From assembly GCA_965221925.1 (NCBI GenBank), contig OZ244924.1:169609-233608 (forward strand): a stretch of 64,000 nt of DNA, given 5' to 3'. A program made the position numbers and the translations under genes. Origin of the DNA: Dehalococcoidia bacterium (GTDB lineage Bacteria > Chloroflexota > Dehalococcoidia > Lucifugimonadales > UBA2985). Below, piece by piece: positions 18,395 to 27,330 of the stretch. The notes under the pieces were generated by a model. It did no database searches. It saw only the letters and a list, made by a program, of their open reading frames with translations, and was not told where the DNA came from. Positions within the stretch are counted from its first letter, which is position 1, and every line of letters starts with the position of its first letter.

Positions 18395-20827
18395 TCAGTC
18401 ATCATCAGGATCAGCGACTGCACCTGGGTTCACAATTGTTGGCAAGTTCTTGGCTATGGACATTACCACGGTTGAGGCACCCTTGGCGGCTAGACGTCGT
18501 ATTTCATCGATGCATTCTTCCAATTGAGTTTTAATTTCGCTTTGTTCCATACGAGAGTAGGCGTCGTCCAGACCCATCATAAGGACAAGCATACCAACTC
18601 GATATTGCTCTGTAACTACCTTCTTGCCGATGTCATTGCGCTCTCTGTCTAGGAAACGGCGGAAATGTGCATTGTCATAATTGATCTTGTAAACCTTATC
18701 GGCACCAAGGTCAAGAACTTTTCCTCCATCCTGCTCAGTGAAACCATCCGGCCAAGCCTCCGTTTCTTTTTGACCTATCGGGCGACCGTCTCGGGTAAGC
18801 CAACCTGTTGAAGGTAAGGCACGCCCTTCCGTGATTTCGTCGTCCCCTTCCTTTTCGCTGTCTCTACCCTTCTGATGAGGCCTACCTCCAGGGGGTGGAG
18901 GCTTTCTGGATGGAACCACCCTTAATCTCAGTTCTTCTGTGACTGGCTCAGGCATAGCTTCGTCTAACAGACCAACCGTAAAGATAATCTCATCTCCAGG
19001 TGAGACCATGCCTGGCAGGGCTGTGAACGTAGTGGTAAGCCTTCCGTCTCGAAGCGCGCTAGAAAAAGAGCATTTGCCACTTAGTCCGCCAATCGTGATG
19101 ACCCTTCCGCGATTGTCTGGCCGAGACAAGTAACCGTTCGTGGCATCTGTCTTGAAAGCAACGACTCTACTACCTTCGACAGCGATTTCTGCGCCATTTT
19201 GCTTTACCTGGCGACCAATAAGTTCCAAGTATGTGGGGCTGTACTTGCCAAGCCATTCTTCTTCCTCAACACCGCGCCCAACATAACCGGGCAGCTTTAT
19301 CTGTGAACCCCCCGGCAGTAACTGTGCGATACTGGGATCGCTATCTACCAAGCTCTGGAACAGTTCCAACTGGCCCTCTCGGGCCAAGTTTTCCGTTTCT
19401 TCTCGGGCAATACGTAGCTGCAACTCCTTTAGATAATCTGAGCCTGAAATCACTTTGGTCACTTCATCGCGGTAGAGTTGACCTATCTCCGTTGCGCGTA
19501 TATTTTCCCTGTCTCCCTTCCAGACATCATTGTGTGCAGCCTCCGTTAGGTCGCTGGCATCCACTATCACGACTGTTCTGTCCTTCAGGCCAGGGAGCTT
19601 ACAACGCTGCGAAAGATAGGCGCGGTTCTCCTTGAACTGTACTTGGCCATTAACTGAGTGGAACACTCGTGAGGTGTTCCTAGGTGACTTTAACCATCCT
19701 GGCAAATCACGTCCAAGAACTATTGCACGTACTGAAATGCGACCCAATTCCGGATGGTCAATGTCTCCGATGTGCTGCTCGCGACCAGGTTCGTATGCTC
19801 CGTCGTCCGTGTCGTCACCAGCTTCGTCATCCCCGTCTCTACGAAGCAGGAGGAATTCCATGCCATAAACCCTACGTTCGTCAACTCCTTCCGCCCTACG
19901 TCCGCCTCGTCGACGATCAGCTCGATATCTGTAATCCATCAGCCGAAATGGGAGAATGGTAGAGACTAGATTCTCGTTGAGCGACTCTCTGATGTTCTTG
20001 AAACTCGCCGCCGATTCCATTTTGTAGTTGTAGAGCTTTACGATAGTTCCGATAGAAATATGGACCTTGCTATCCTTGCCACCATTATTCAACGTTAGGG
20101 GGTGTATGACTGACGCTGAGAACGATGGAATACCTCCCGATCCCTTAAAGTACTCTGCCACCGGCATACCTTCCCCGGGACGCCGTCGCACGAGAGTCCA
20201 GCCCCAATCTCCACTAGAGTCGTATCGCCTTGAGACTATCAACTTATACCAGGATCTCCCGCAGTACGTCAGCACACCAGAAGACCCCATATTGTACTTG
20301 CCTTGAACAAATGGAATGTTGGACTTGGTGCCTTTGCTGAGGGAGAGAAAAGTATCCTCGAAATCAACAGGGTGTTGGCCCTCCCCATTGTCAACGAACG
20401 TGAAACAGAGTTCGTCTTCCCGGCGGGTGCCTCCAGTTACACCAATGACTAAGTTCTTCTCTGCGAACTCTTGGAGATATTTCTCATCGTCAACTTCTGA
20501 GATAACGCCGCTACGTGCCCCACGTAGTTGAACAAGGTCACGGACGCCTTCAATCACTGACTGCGGGGCATCTGGGCCAATGAGGTTGACCCCCTTCTTG
20601 TGTGCATGTTTCATCAGCACGGCATCCACCATGTTTGTACATAGTTCCGTGAGTGCCTTACCGCCGGTGGAAGCTTGATTCGTGACCACGTTGAAATTGG
20701 TCTCCCTACCGTCTATAGGATACCAATTACCTGCGTCAGATAATTCCGGTAGTGAGGATACTATGTCACTAACTGACTGCTCGGATTCTGCATGCAGAAT
20801 GCTGAAACAGACTTCCTTGCTGTTCAC
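18395..20827 (-). CDS. GHKL (Bergerat-fold, HATPase_c_3/MORC-like) ATPase with a ~550-aa uncharacterised C-terminal region; candidate restriction/effector subunit
   Basis: N-box ELCTNMVDA, G1 FVDNGEGQ and G2/ATP-lid GKYNMGSSGV all fall in the first ~200 aa. I see no recognisable nuclease motif in the remainder. The gene is packed between dcm (10-nt gap) and vsr (5-nt gap) and is A/T-richer than the flanks. Confidence 0.7.
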   Translation of the reverse strand: MNSKEVCFSILHAESEQSVSDIVSSLPELSDAGNWYPIDGRETNFNVVTNQASTGGKALTELCTNMVDAVLMKHAHKKGVNLIGPDAPQSVIEGVRDLVQLRGARSGVISEVDDEKYLQEFAEKNLVIGVTGGTRREDELCFTFVDNGEGQHPVDFEDTFLSLSKGTKSNIPFVQGKYNMGSSGVLTYCGRSWYKLIVSRRYDSSGDWGWTLVRRRPGEGMPVAEYFKGSGGIPSFSASVIHPLTLNNGGKDSKVHISIGTIVKLYNYKMESAASFKNIRESLNENLVSTILPFRLMDYRYRADRRRGGRRAEGVDERRVYGMEFLLLRRDGDDEAGDDTDDGAYEPGREQHIGDIDHPELGRISVRAIVLGRDLPGWLKSPRNTSRVFHSVNGQVQFKENRAYLSQRCKLPGLKDRTVVIVDASDLTEAAHNDVWKGDRENIRATEIGQLYRDEVTKVISGSDYLKELQLRIAREETENLAREGQLELFQSLVDSDPSIAQLLPGGSQIKLPGYVGRGVEEEEWLGKYSPTYLELIGRQVKQNGAEIAVEGSRVVAFKTDATNGYLSRPDNRGRVITIGGLSGKCSFSSALRDGRLTTTFTALPGMVSPGDEIIFTVGLLDEAMPEPVTEELRLRVVPSRKPPPPGGRPHQKGRDSEKEGDDEITEGRALPSTGWLTRDGRPIGQKETEAWPDGFTEQDGGKVLDLGADKVYKINYDNAHFRRFLDRERNDIGKKVVTEQYRVGMLVLMMGLDDAYSRMEQSEIKTQLEECIDEIRRLAAKGASTVVMSIAKNLPTIVNPGAVADPDDD

Positions 20828-20837
20828 AATATCCCCT

Positions 20838-22046
20838 CTATCCTATTTGGGGCATACTAGTGTGGTCTTTCCACATTCCTAGAAGCCACTCCGCCATGTA
20901 CGCAGAGAGCTTGGGTGGTACTGCATTGCCTATCATTCGAGCAATTACATCCATACCCTCACCGTAAAACTCGTAATTATCTCGGAAGGACTGTAGTACG
21001 GCACCCTCACGAAGAGACAACCCGCGCACCTGCTTTTCGTCATAGTGCCCAAACCGTCCGTTGGAAACACTGTGGAACCGCGTAGTTATTGTCGGTGAAG
21101 GTTGATCCGGGTGTATGCGCGTGTATACGTCCCCGAATCCTCGCCGGCCTTTATTGGCAAGTCGACGATGACAAGCCAGTGATAAATCACCGAAAGGAGT
21201 TTCATTGAATCCAAAGTTAGGCTCCCCTGGTTTGACAGACATCAAACGCCGGCGATTCACTTCTGTGAGGTTTCGGCATACGTGGTTAAAAATATCAGCG
21301 CATTGCTCCCCTGGCTGCATAGGAGTTAAATGGCCTATTGCTTCGCGCGCAGAGACTTGCCGAGCCTCAGGGTCGTGATATGGGACTGGTGGATTCAAGG
21401 CTGATTCGCAACCATGATCAGTCTTGAAAGCGAGCAGAACGGAACGGCGACGGTGTTGAGGCACCCCAAAGCGGGACGCGCAAACGCGATCTTCACCCAC
21501 AGCATATCCAAGATCGCGCAACTGCTCTTGAAAGCCGCTCCAGATGTGTCTGTACTGCCCCTTTTTGATACTGGCCACATTCTCGGAAATGACCATTTCA
21601 GGTAGAAACTCTTCAACAAAGCCGACCGTCTGGGTCAGTAGATTTAGGTCGCGTTCGCGACTTTGACTTCGGGCACCAGTTATCCGACGTTGGACGAATT
21701 TTGTGAACGATTGACAGGGGGCACAGATTACGAAGAGCAACGGCACTCCCGGAGCCATCTGCCGGTAGCGTGGTATTAACTCCCTTAGCTCATCCCAAAT
21801 TTCCTGCTGTTGCCCTTGTGAGTAGTCTAGGCATCTAGGGAACATATCTAATGCCAGAAACTTGGGCTCATCGCCATCTAAAGTAGTGTTCCGGTTGTTG
21901 CGCTGGTAGGTAACGCGATTACTCTTGTCCTTGTCAACGCCACTGATCACATAGCCGCCAGCATCAAGCAGGCCGCGTGTAGTGCCTCCGGCACCGCAAT
22001 AAAAATCTACGGCCAAGAACTTTGGCGTTTCACTACGTTCCATCAT
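20838..22046 (-). CDS. dcm: DNA (cytosine-5)-methyltransferase
   Basis: Motif I DFYCGAGG, motif IV ICAPCQSFT, motif VI SENV and motif X GNAVPP are present. A variable TRD lies between motifs VIII and IX. Confidence 0.95.
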   Translation of the reverse strand: MMERSETPKFLAVDFYCGAGGTTRGLLDAGGYVISGVDKDKSNRVTYQRNNRNTTLDGDEPKFLALDMFPRCLDYSQGQQQEIWDELRELIPRYRQMAPGVPLLFVICAPCQSFTKFVQRRITGARSQSRERDLNLLTQTVGFVEEFLPEMVISENVASIKKGQYRHIWSGFQEQLRDLGYAVGEDRVCASRFGVPQHRRRSVLLAFKTDHGCESALNPPVPYHDPEARQVSAREAIGHLTPMQPGEQCADIFNHVCRNLTEVNRRRLMSVKPGEPNFGFNETPFGDLSLACHRRLANKGRRGFGDVYTRIHPDQPSPTITTRFHSVSNGRFGHYDEKQVRGLSLREGAVLQSFRDNYEFYGEGMDVIARMIGNAVPPKLSAYMAEWLLGMWKDHTSMPQIG

Positions 22047-22140
22047 AGGCCTAATTATACTATTTCCAGCACTTCATGAGGAGTCTGAAACTCTGGCTAG
22101 ACTGCCGGGTATATTAGTCCTTAAACCACCGCCCACCCGC

Positions 22141-23886
22141 TCACACCCTTGAGTTGACGGCCTCCTGGATGAGACTCATCACTTCGCTGACGGGCTTGGG
22201 CCCGAGGTCTTGGCCGTCCCGCAGGCGCACGGACACGGCGTCCGCGTTGGCCTCCTTGTCGCCCACCACCAGCATGAAGGGCACCTTGTTCAGTTGGGCG
22301 TGGCGTATCTTTGCGTTCATCCGCTCCGATCGGCTGTCCACATCCACCCGCACGTCTGCCGCAACGAGCCTCTCCGACACCGCGCGGGCGTAGCCCAGGT
22401 GGCGGTCCGCTATGGGTATGACCACCGCCTGGACGGGGGCAAGCCACGTTGGGAAAGCTCCGGCGTAGTGCTCGATGAGCACGCCAAAGAAGCGCTCCAT
22501 GGACCCTAGGAGGGCCCGGTGCACCATGTAGGGGCGATGCTCATGGCCGTCCTCTCCGATATAGGTCACGTCAAAGCGCTCCGGCAGGTTGAAGTCAAAC
22601 TGGATGGTAGTGCATTGCCACTCGCGTCCCAGGGCATCCACCATCTTCACGTCTATCTTTGGGCCGTAGAACACGGCTCCTCCCTCATCCACGTCATAGG
22701 GCAGGCCGCGGGACTGTATCACGTTTCGCAGCGTCCCGGTCGCCATATCCCAGTCCTCCAGGGAGCCTGCGAACTTCCCGCCTTCGTTCCGAGTGGACAG
22801 GTAAACGTGAAAGTCCTGGAACCCGAACGAGCGCAGGAAGAACTGCATGAAGTCCACGCACCGGCCAATCTCGTCCTCCACCTGGCCGGGTCGGCAGAAG
22901 ATATGGGCGTCGTCCTGGGTGAAGCCCCGCACGCGCAGCAGGCCGTGCAGGACACCCGACCGCTCGTAGCGGTAGACTGTGCCCAGCTCTCCCAGGCGTA
23001 TGGGAAGCTCCCGGTAGCTCCTGAGGGAGCTCTTGTAGATCTGGACGTGGAAGGGGCAGTTCATTGGCTTGACATAATAGTCCTGGCCGTCCACGTCCAT
23101 GGGGGCGTACATGTTCTCGGCGTAGAAATCCAGGTGGCCGCTGGTCTCCCACATGGTCGACTTCCCGACGTGTGGTGAATAGACCAGGTCGTAGCCGGCG
23201 CGGTAGTGCTCACGGCGCCAGAAGTCTTCGATGATCGACCGTACCCGGCCTCCCTTGGGATGCCAGTAGACCAGGCCAGGGCCGTACTCCTCGTGGAAGG
23301 AGAGCAGGTCCAGTTCTCGAGCCAGCCTGCGATGGTCGCGGCGCTGGGCCTCTTCCAGGCGTTCCAGGTACTCCTCCAGCGCCTCGGCGGTCTCAAAGGC
23401 CGTGCCGTAGATGCGCTGCAACATGGGACGACGTTCGTCGCCGCGCCAGTACGCGCCAGCCACGCTCAAGAGCTTGCAAGCGCTTATCTGAGCTGTCGAG
23501 TTCACATGAGGGCCACGGCACAGGTCCACAAAGTCACCGTGCCGGTAGACGCTGATCACCTCGTCCGGCGGCAACTCGTCTATGATCTCCAGCTTGTAGG
23601 TCTGGCCTGAGAACATATCCATCGCCTCCGCCCTGCTTATCTCCTGGTACAGGAAGGGAATGTCGCCGGCGATGGTCTCTCTTACGCGGCCCCCGATGGC
23701 CTCCAGGTCCTCCGGGGTGAAGGCGCGGGACACCTCAAAGTCGTAGTAAAAGCCGTCCTCGGTGGGAGGGCCGATGGCCAGCTTGGCCTCGGGGAAAAGC
23801 TGGAGCACGGCGTCCGCCATAACGTGGGCGGCGGAGTGGCGCATACGCTCACGGAGGGAATGAAGGTCGTGGTCTAGAGTGGTCAT
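22141..23886 (-). CDS. thrS: threonine--tRNA ligase (no N-terminal TGS domain)
   Basis: The ORF starts at the editing/SAD domain (RHSAAHVMADAV...GFYYDF). The class II core has YRYERSGVLHGLLRVRGFTQDDAHIF and GSMERFFGVLIEHYAG, followed by a C-terminal anticodon-binding domain. Confidence 0.95.
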   Translation of the reverse strand: MTTLDHDLHSLRERMRHSAAHVMADAVLQLFPEAKLAIGPPTEDGFYYDFEVSRAFTPEDLEAIGGRVRETIAGDIPFLYQEISRAEAMDMFSGQTYKLEIIDELPPDEVISVYRHGDFVDLCRGPHVNSTAQISACKLLSVAGAYWRGDERRPMLQRIYGTAFETAEALEEYLERLEEAQRRDHRRLARELDLLSFHEEYGPGLVYWHPKGGRVRSIIEDFWRREHYRAGYDLVYSPHVGKSTMWETSGHLDFYAENMYAPMDVDGQDYYVKPMNCPFHVQIYKSSLRSYRELPIRLGELGTVYRYERSGVLHGLLRVRGFTQDDAHIFCRPGQVEDEIGRCVDFMQFFLRSFGFQDFHVYLSTRNEGGKFAGSLEDWDMATGTLRNVIQSRGLPYDVDEGGAVFYGPKIDVKMVDALGREWQCTTIQFDFNLPERFDVTYIGEDGHEHRPYMVHRALLGSMERFFGVLIEHYAGAFPTWLAPVQAVVIPIADRHLGYARAVSERLVAADVRVDVDSRSERMNAKIRHAQLNKVPFMLVVGDKEANADAVSVRLRDGQDLGPKPVSEVMSLIQEAVNSRV

Positions 23887-23904
23887 AGCTACATCCAGAT
23901 AGCT

Positions 23905-23933
23905 AGTCTACCCGCAAGCGCGCAAACTGGCAA
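23905..23933 (-). promoter_or_regulatory. candidate promoter for thrS
   Basis: On the minus strand: TTGCCA, a 17-nt spacer, then TAGACT. The -10 ends about 18 nt upstream of the thrS ATG. Confidence 0.3.
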
Positions 23934-23989
23934 GGCGGGGCGGGGATGAGGGGGAACGCGTCATCGCACCGCCGTTAGCCTAGATATTA

Positions 23990-24835
23990 TCAGCCGATTC
24001 CTAGAGTTTCGTTTCGGTATGCTCGTGAAGCTACGAGTGCAATTTGTGCTTTAACAATCTTGTCCATCTCCTTACCCTCGGTGTAATCAGCCGGCGCCGA
24101 GCAGTGGACTCGTCCGTCATCTATGAAACGGTTTGCATTGTCCCGTGCGTTCTTGGTGCGAGGCCTATAGACAACTATGGAGAGACCGCCCATATCCTTG
24201 ACTAACCTGAAGCAAGGTACATCGGTGGCACCATCACCTATGTACACCATGTTCTCGAATGGAACAGGACGTTCCTTCATTTCCACGAACTGATTTATTT
24301 TACGGTCATCACTGAGGTCGTGTGCATCCTTGTTGATCCGGAATAGGAATTGTGTCTTTGTCGTGAAGTTGATAGCCAAGGCTGGCCAGCAGGCTGCGCC
24401 ATTCTCATCAAACAAGAATCGAGAAGCGTATATCTCCTTGAAGTTTGACGCTATCTGAGTGCCTTCAATGATTTCCGCGCTGCCGGACGACACGATGTAA
24501 TGTTCAATGTTGACGCCTTTACTCCTGCCATACTCGTTAATCCGATCGAACCACTCAAGGACACCTTTGAATAACTTTACCCCTGCGCCAAGTTTATTGA
24601 AATCTTCCATTCGTGCAGGTTTGTCCGCCCCACTAGCTTTCTTCAGCATGAGGTGCATATACATTAGAATCCCATCAGCTTGATGGCGCTTGGAGAGGCG
24701 TCTTACCTCACCCCAGAATTCAGTTGGCGTCATGCCTACGTCAGGGATGAATTGGCGTTCCTGAACGTTGCCAGGCGCCAATGTTCCGTCAAAATCGTAG
24801 ATCATCGCCATTGGTATACGTTTTGGTGGCATCAA
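23990..24835 (-). CDS. HAD-superfamily hydrolase (phosphatase-like)
   Basis: Motif I is IYDFDGTL (DxDxT) and motif IV is YIGDGATDVP. The sequence is A/T-rich. It lies 30 nt downstream of the ImmA/IrrE gene on the same strand. Confidence 0.75.
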   Translation of the reverse strand: MMPPKRIPMAMIYDFDGTLAPGNVQERQFIPDVGMTPTEFWGEVRRLSKRHQADGILMYMHLMLKKASGADKPARMEDFNKLGAGVKLFKGVLEWFDRINEYGRSKGVNIEHYIVSSGSAEIIEGTQIASNFKEIYASRFLFDENGAACWPALAINFTTKTQFLFRINKDAHDLSDDRKINQFVEMKERPVPFENMVYIGDGATDVPCFRLVKDMGGLSIVVYRPRTKNARDNANRFIDDGRVHCSAPADYTEGKEMDKIVKAQIALVASRAYRNETLGIG

Positions 24836-24865
24836 GTCTCCTTAAAGGCACTCATGTTGAGACAC

Positions 24866-26119
24866 TCAAACTTCGTGCCTAGGCTCTCCCTCAAACTGAC
24901 GTCGGACTTCACCAGTACCCACGAACTGGGAAAGAAGTCGGTAGTTGCCCGACTCGTAACGTATCCGGCCGGCGACAATTGCCGGGTGTACCTGGGCCTC
25001 ATATGCCATTAGCATCACCGCCATTGGTCCTGAGTCCTCCAGAATGACTCCCTCTCCCCAGACTTCCGGCGGTATCAGGGCGTTCTGCGCCCACTGGTCG
25101 GCGTCCTCTTCTGTCTCACCCTTTTCTGTGCCCCGCAGGGAGTGGTCGTCGACAAAGCCTTCCTCATCTTCATATCGATCCAGGTGGAGACCAATATGCG
25201 CTAGCTCATGGAGGAGAGTGAACCAGAAGTTGTCTATTCGGTCATAGCGTAGGGTCAGGCCAATCACCGGCCTGCCGTCGGGTAGCCGCAGAGCTGCGCC
25301 GTCCAGATGGGTCTTGGGGAGATGGCTCACATGCTCAAGGCCAACCCCGTGGCTTGCCAGGATTTCCCTAGCCTGAACCGGCCCATCCTCCAATACACTC
25401 AACTGGGCAATCTGGCGCAGGAGCTGGGGAGTAGCGACTCCCGTCTGGTACTTCGCCTCTGTCTGCTTCTCTCGGGCTTGGGCCAGTACCTTCCAGCACC
25501 ATGCCCGGAGGGCGTAATCATCGGTCTTGGCGTTGACTCGCCGGTTATCGTTCTTGCGGTAGAGGGGAGCAGCGGCGAATGCCCGGCCACCGGCGCGTTC
25601 CATCAGCCCGCTAACGAGCTCTTCAGCGCGGTCCCGCAGGTCGGGGACATCGGGAAGCCATCCGGCCTTTAGCATAGCTTTGAGCGGGAATCTGGTCCAC
25701 TTGATGTCAGGAATGGCATCCGGCAGACTGGCGCCCGGCTCTTGCAGCAGAACGTCCGCAGGTATGCCGAGGTGGTGGTGGAGCGCGCGAGCCATCGACA
25801 TTGTAATGGGCCTCTTGCCCGAAAGCACCTCTGAGACCTTGGCGGAGCTGCCGATGAAAGGCGCCAGGTCGCGGCGCGTTAGCCCCGATTGGTCCATACG
25901 GAACTCAATGGCTTCAATAGCGGAGGGGAATCCCATGTCCACGGTCTTCGATTCGTAGACCTCCACAAGGTCGGACAGCACCTCCAGCTCGATCATGCTG
26001 GGGTGGTCGGGGTCCTCAATCTGCTCTTCGGCGGTAGAGAGTCCATCTAACAGTTTCCCGATACGAGCCAAGGCCTCTTCGTAGTCCATTTCGCTGCGAA
26101 TCGGCCTAACGGTTACCAT
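24866..26119 (-). CDS. HigA-like HTH antitoxin fused to ImmA/IrrE (COG2856) zinc metallopeptidase
   Basis: The N-terminal HigA-type region includes the HTH GLTRRDLAPFIGSSAKVSEVLSGKRPIT. The C-terminal part carries HELAHIGLH (HExxH). The start overlaps the higB stop (ATGGTAA). Confidence 0.85.
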   Translation of the reverse strand: MVTVRPIRSEMDYEEALARIGKLLDGLSTAEEQIEDPDHPSMIELEVLSDLVEVYESKTVDMGFPSAIEAIEFRMDQSGLTRRDLAPFIGSSAKVSEVLSGKRPITMSMARALHHHLGIPADVLLQEPGASLPDAIPDIKWTRFPLKAMLKAGWLPDVPDLRDRAEELVSGLMERAGGRAFAAAPLYRKNDNRRVNAKTDDYALRAWCWKVLAQAREKQTEAKYQTGVATPQLLRQIAQLSVLEDGPVQAREILASHGVGLEHVSHLPKTHLDGAALRLPDGRPVIGLTLRYDRIDNFWFTLLHELAHIGLHLDRYEDEEGFVDDHSLRGTEKGETEEDADQWAQNALIPPEVWGEGVILEDSGPMAVMLMAYEAQVHPAIVAGRIRYESGNYRLLSQFVGTGEVRRQFEGEPRHEV

Positions 26120-26463
26120 AATCTAACCTCCTCTGCGTTAATTTGGTCGTATTCTGTATGGGATCCTATGAAACAAATGTAGACGCGCCCTAGCGGATAG
26201 ACCACACTCACAATCAACCGGTAGGCACCGCCCTTGAGCCGAAAAACCACCCTATCTCTACCGACTATGCTGGCAGCTGGGTAGATCTCTTTGACTCTAG
26301 CGGGTGATTCCCATTGCGCCCTCCTTGCCTGGTCGTACCAGGCCTTGAGCGATCCCTCGGCGTCGGAATGCTGCTGCCAGAATTCGAGGAGGTTCTTCTT
26401 AGCGATGATTCTCACGGGCGCGCGTGGCTCCTCCCTTTGGCATCTATTGTACAATGCTCCCAA
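26113..26463 (-). CDS. higB: type II toxin HigB (mRNA interferase)
   Basis: ...RIIAKKNLLEFWQQHSDAEGSLKAWYDQARRAQWESPARVKEIYPAASIVGRDRVVFRLKGGAYRLIVSVVY... is the HigB_toxin pattern. The true start is probably the GTG at 26415 (VRIIAKK). Confidence 0.85.
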   Translation of the reverse strand: MGALYNRCQREEPRAPVRIIAKKNLLEFWQQHSDAEGSLKAWYDQARRAQWESPARVKEIYPAASIVGRDRVVFRLKGGAYRLIVSVVYPLGRVYICFIGSHTEYDQINAEEVRLW

Positions 26464-26543
26464 ATACTATGCAAGTAGAGTAGTCCCATATTAGCAGTAG
26501 TGGACGCGCTTGCACCGGAGCATCCATTAAGGATGCGTTCCTG

Positions 26544-27308
26544 GTGAGAAACGCCCCCCGGATTTGCTATAATCAGCCTGTGAAACGACTGGACCTTCAT
26601 CCGTGGGACGTGGACGCTAGGGAGGCCGTAGAGATACAGAAAGCCCTCGCTTCCAGGGTGAGCGTGGAAGACGAGTTGACTGCAACCCCTCGCTGCGTGG
26701 CAGGAGTAGACATATCGCCCCCGGACGCCCTGGGATACGCTGTTGGCGCGGTGGTCCTTGCGGAGTTTCCATCGCTGCAAGTGACGGAGGTCAGGGCCTA
26801 CCGGGCCAAGCTGACGTTTCCATATGTGCCTGGGCTGCTCTCCTTTCGAGAAGCCCCCCTGATGCTGGGAGCCCTTGAGTCTCTGTCGGCCACTCCGGAC
26901 GTTATACTGGTGGACGGCCACGGCCTGGCCCATCCCAGGCGGTTTGGCTTGGCCTGCCACCTGGGACTTTTAACCGATACTCCCACCATCGGGTGCGCCA
27001 AGTCCATTCTCAGAGGACGGACGGAGGGGGCGCCGGCTCCCGAAGCCGGATCGCACGTTCCGCTTGTGTACAACGGAGACGTGGTGGGTTCCGCGGTGCG
27101 CACGCGAGGGTCCGTAAACCCCATCTATGTCTCGGTAGGCCACAAGCTGAGCCTGGAGCGCGCCATTGAGTTGACTCTTGGCTGCTCCAGGGGGTATCGT
27201 ATGCCTGAGCCTACCCGGTTGGCGCACCTGGCGGCTGCGGGTCGCATCGCTCCGGGGGAGGCAGGCACGTATCCCGGCCCTGGGTCGCGCCGTGGTACGT
27301 TGCCGTAA
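26544..27308 (+). CDS. nfi: endonuclease V
   Basis: The blocks VAGVDIS, PGLLSFREAP, ILVDGHGLAHPRRFGLACHLGL, IGCAKS and PIYVSVGH are present. An alternative GTG start lies at 26580. Confidence 0.9.
   Translation: MRNAPRICYNQPVKRLDLHPWDVDAREAVEIQKALASRVSVEDELTATPRCVAGVDISPPDALGYAVGAVVLAEFPSLQVTEVRAYRAKLTFPYVPGLLSFREAPLMLGALESLSATPDVILVDGHGLAHPRRFGLACHLGLLTDTPTIGCAKSILRGRTEGAPAPEAGSHVPLVYNGDVVGSAVRTRGSVNPIYVSVGHKLSLERAIELTLGCSRGYRMPEPTRLAHLAAAGRIAPGEAGTYPGPGSRRGTLP
26565..26573 (+). promoter_or_regulatory. extended -10 element (TGCTATAAT) upstream of nfi
   Basis: TGnTATAAT ends 6 nt before the in-frame GTG at 26580. This would give a leaderless or near-leaderless nfi mRNA. Confidence 0.35.
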
Positions 27309-27330
27309 TCGATAAGGACGGTGTCAATCG

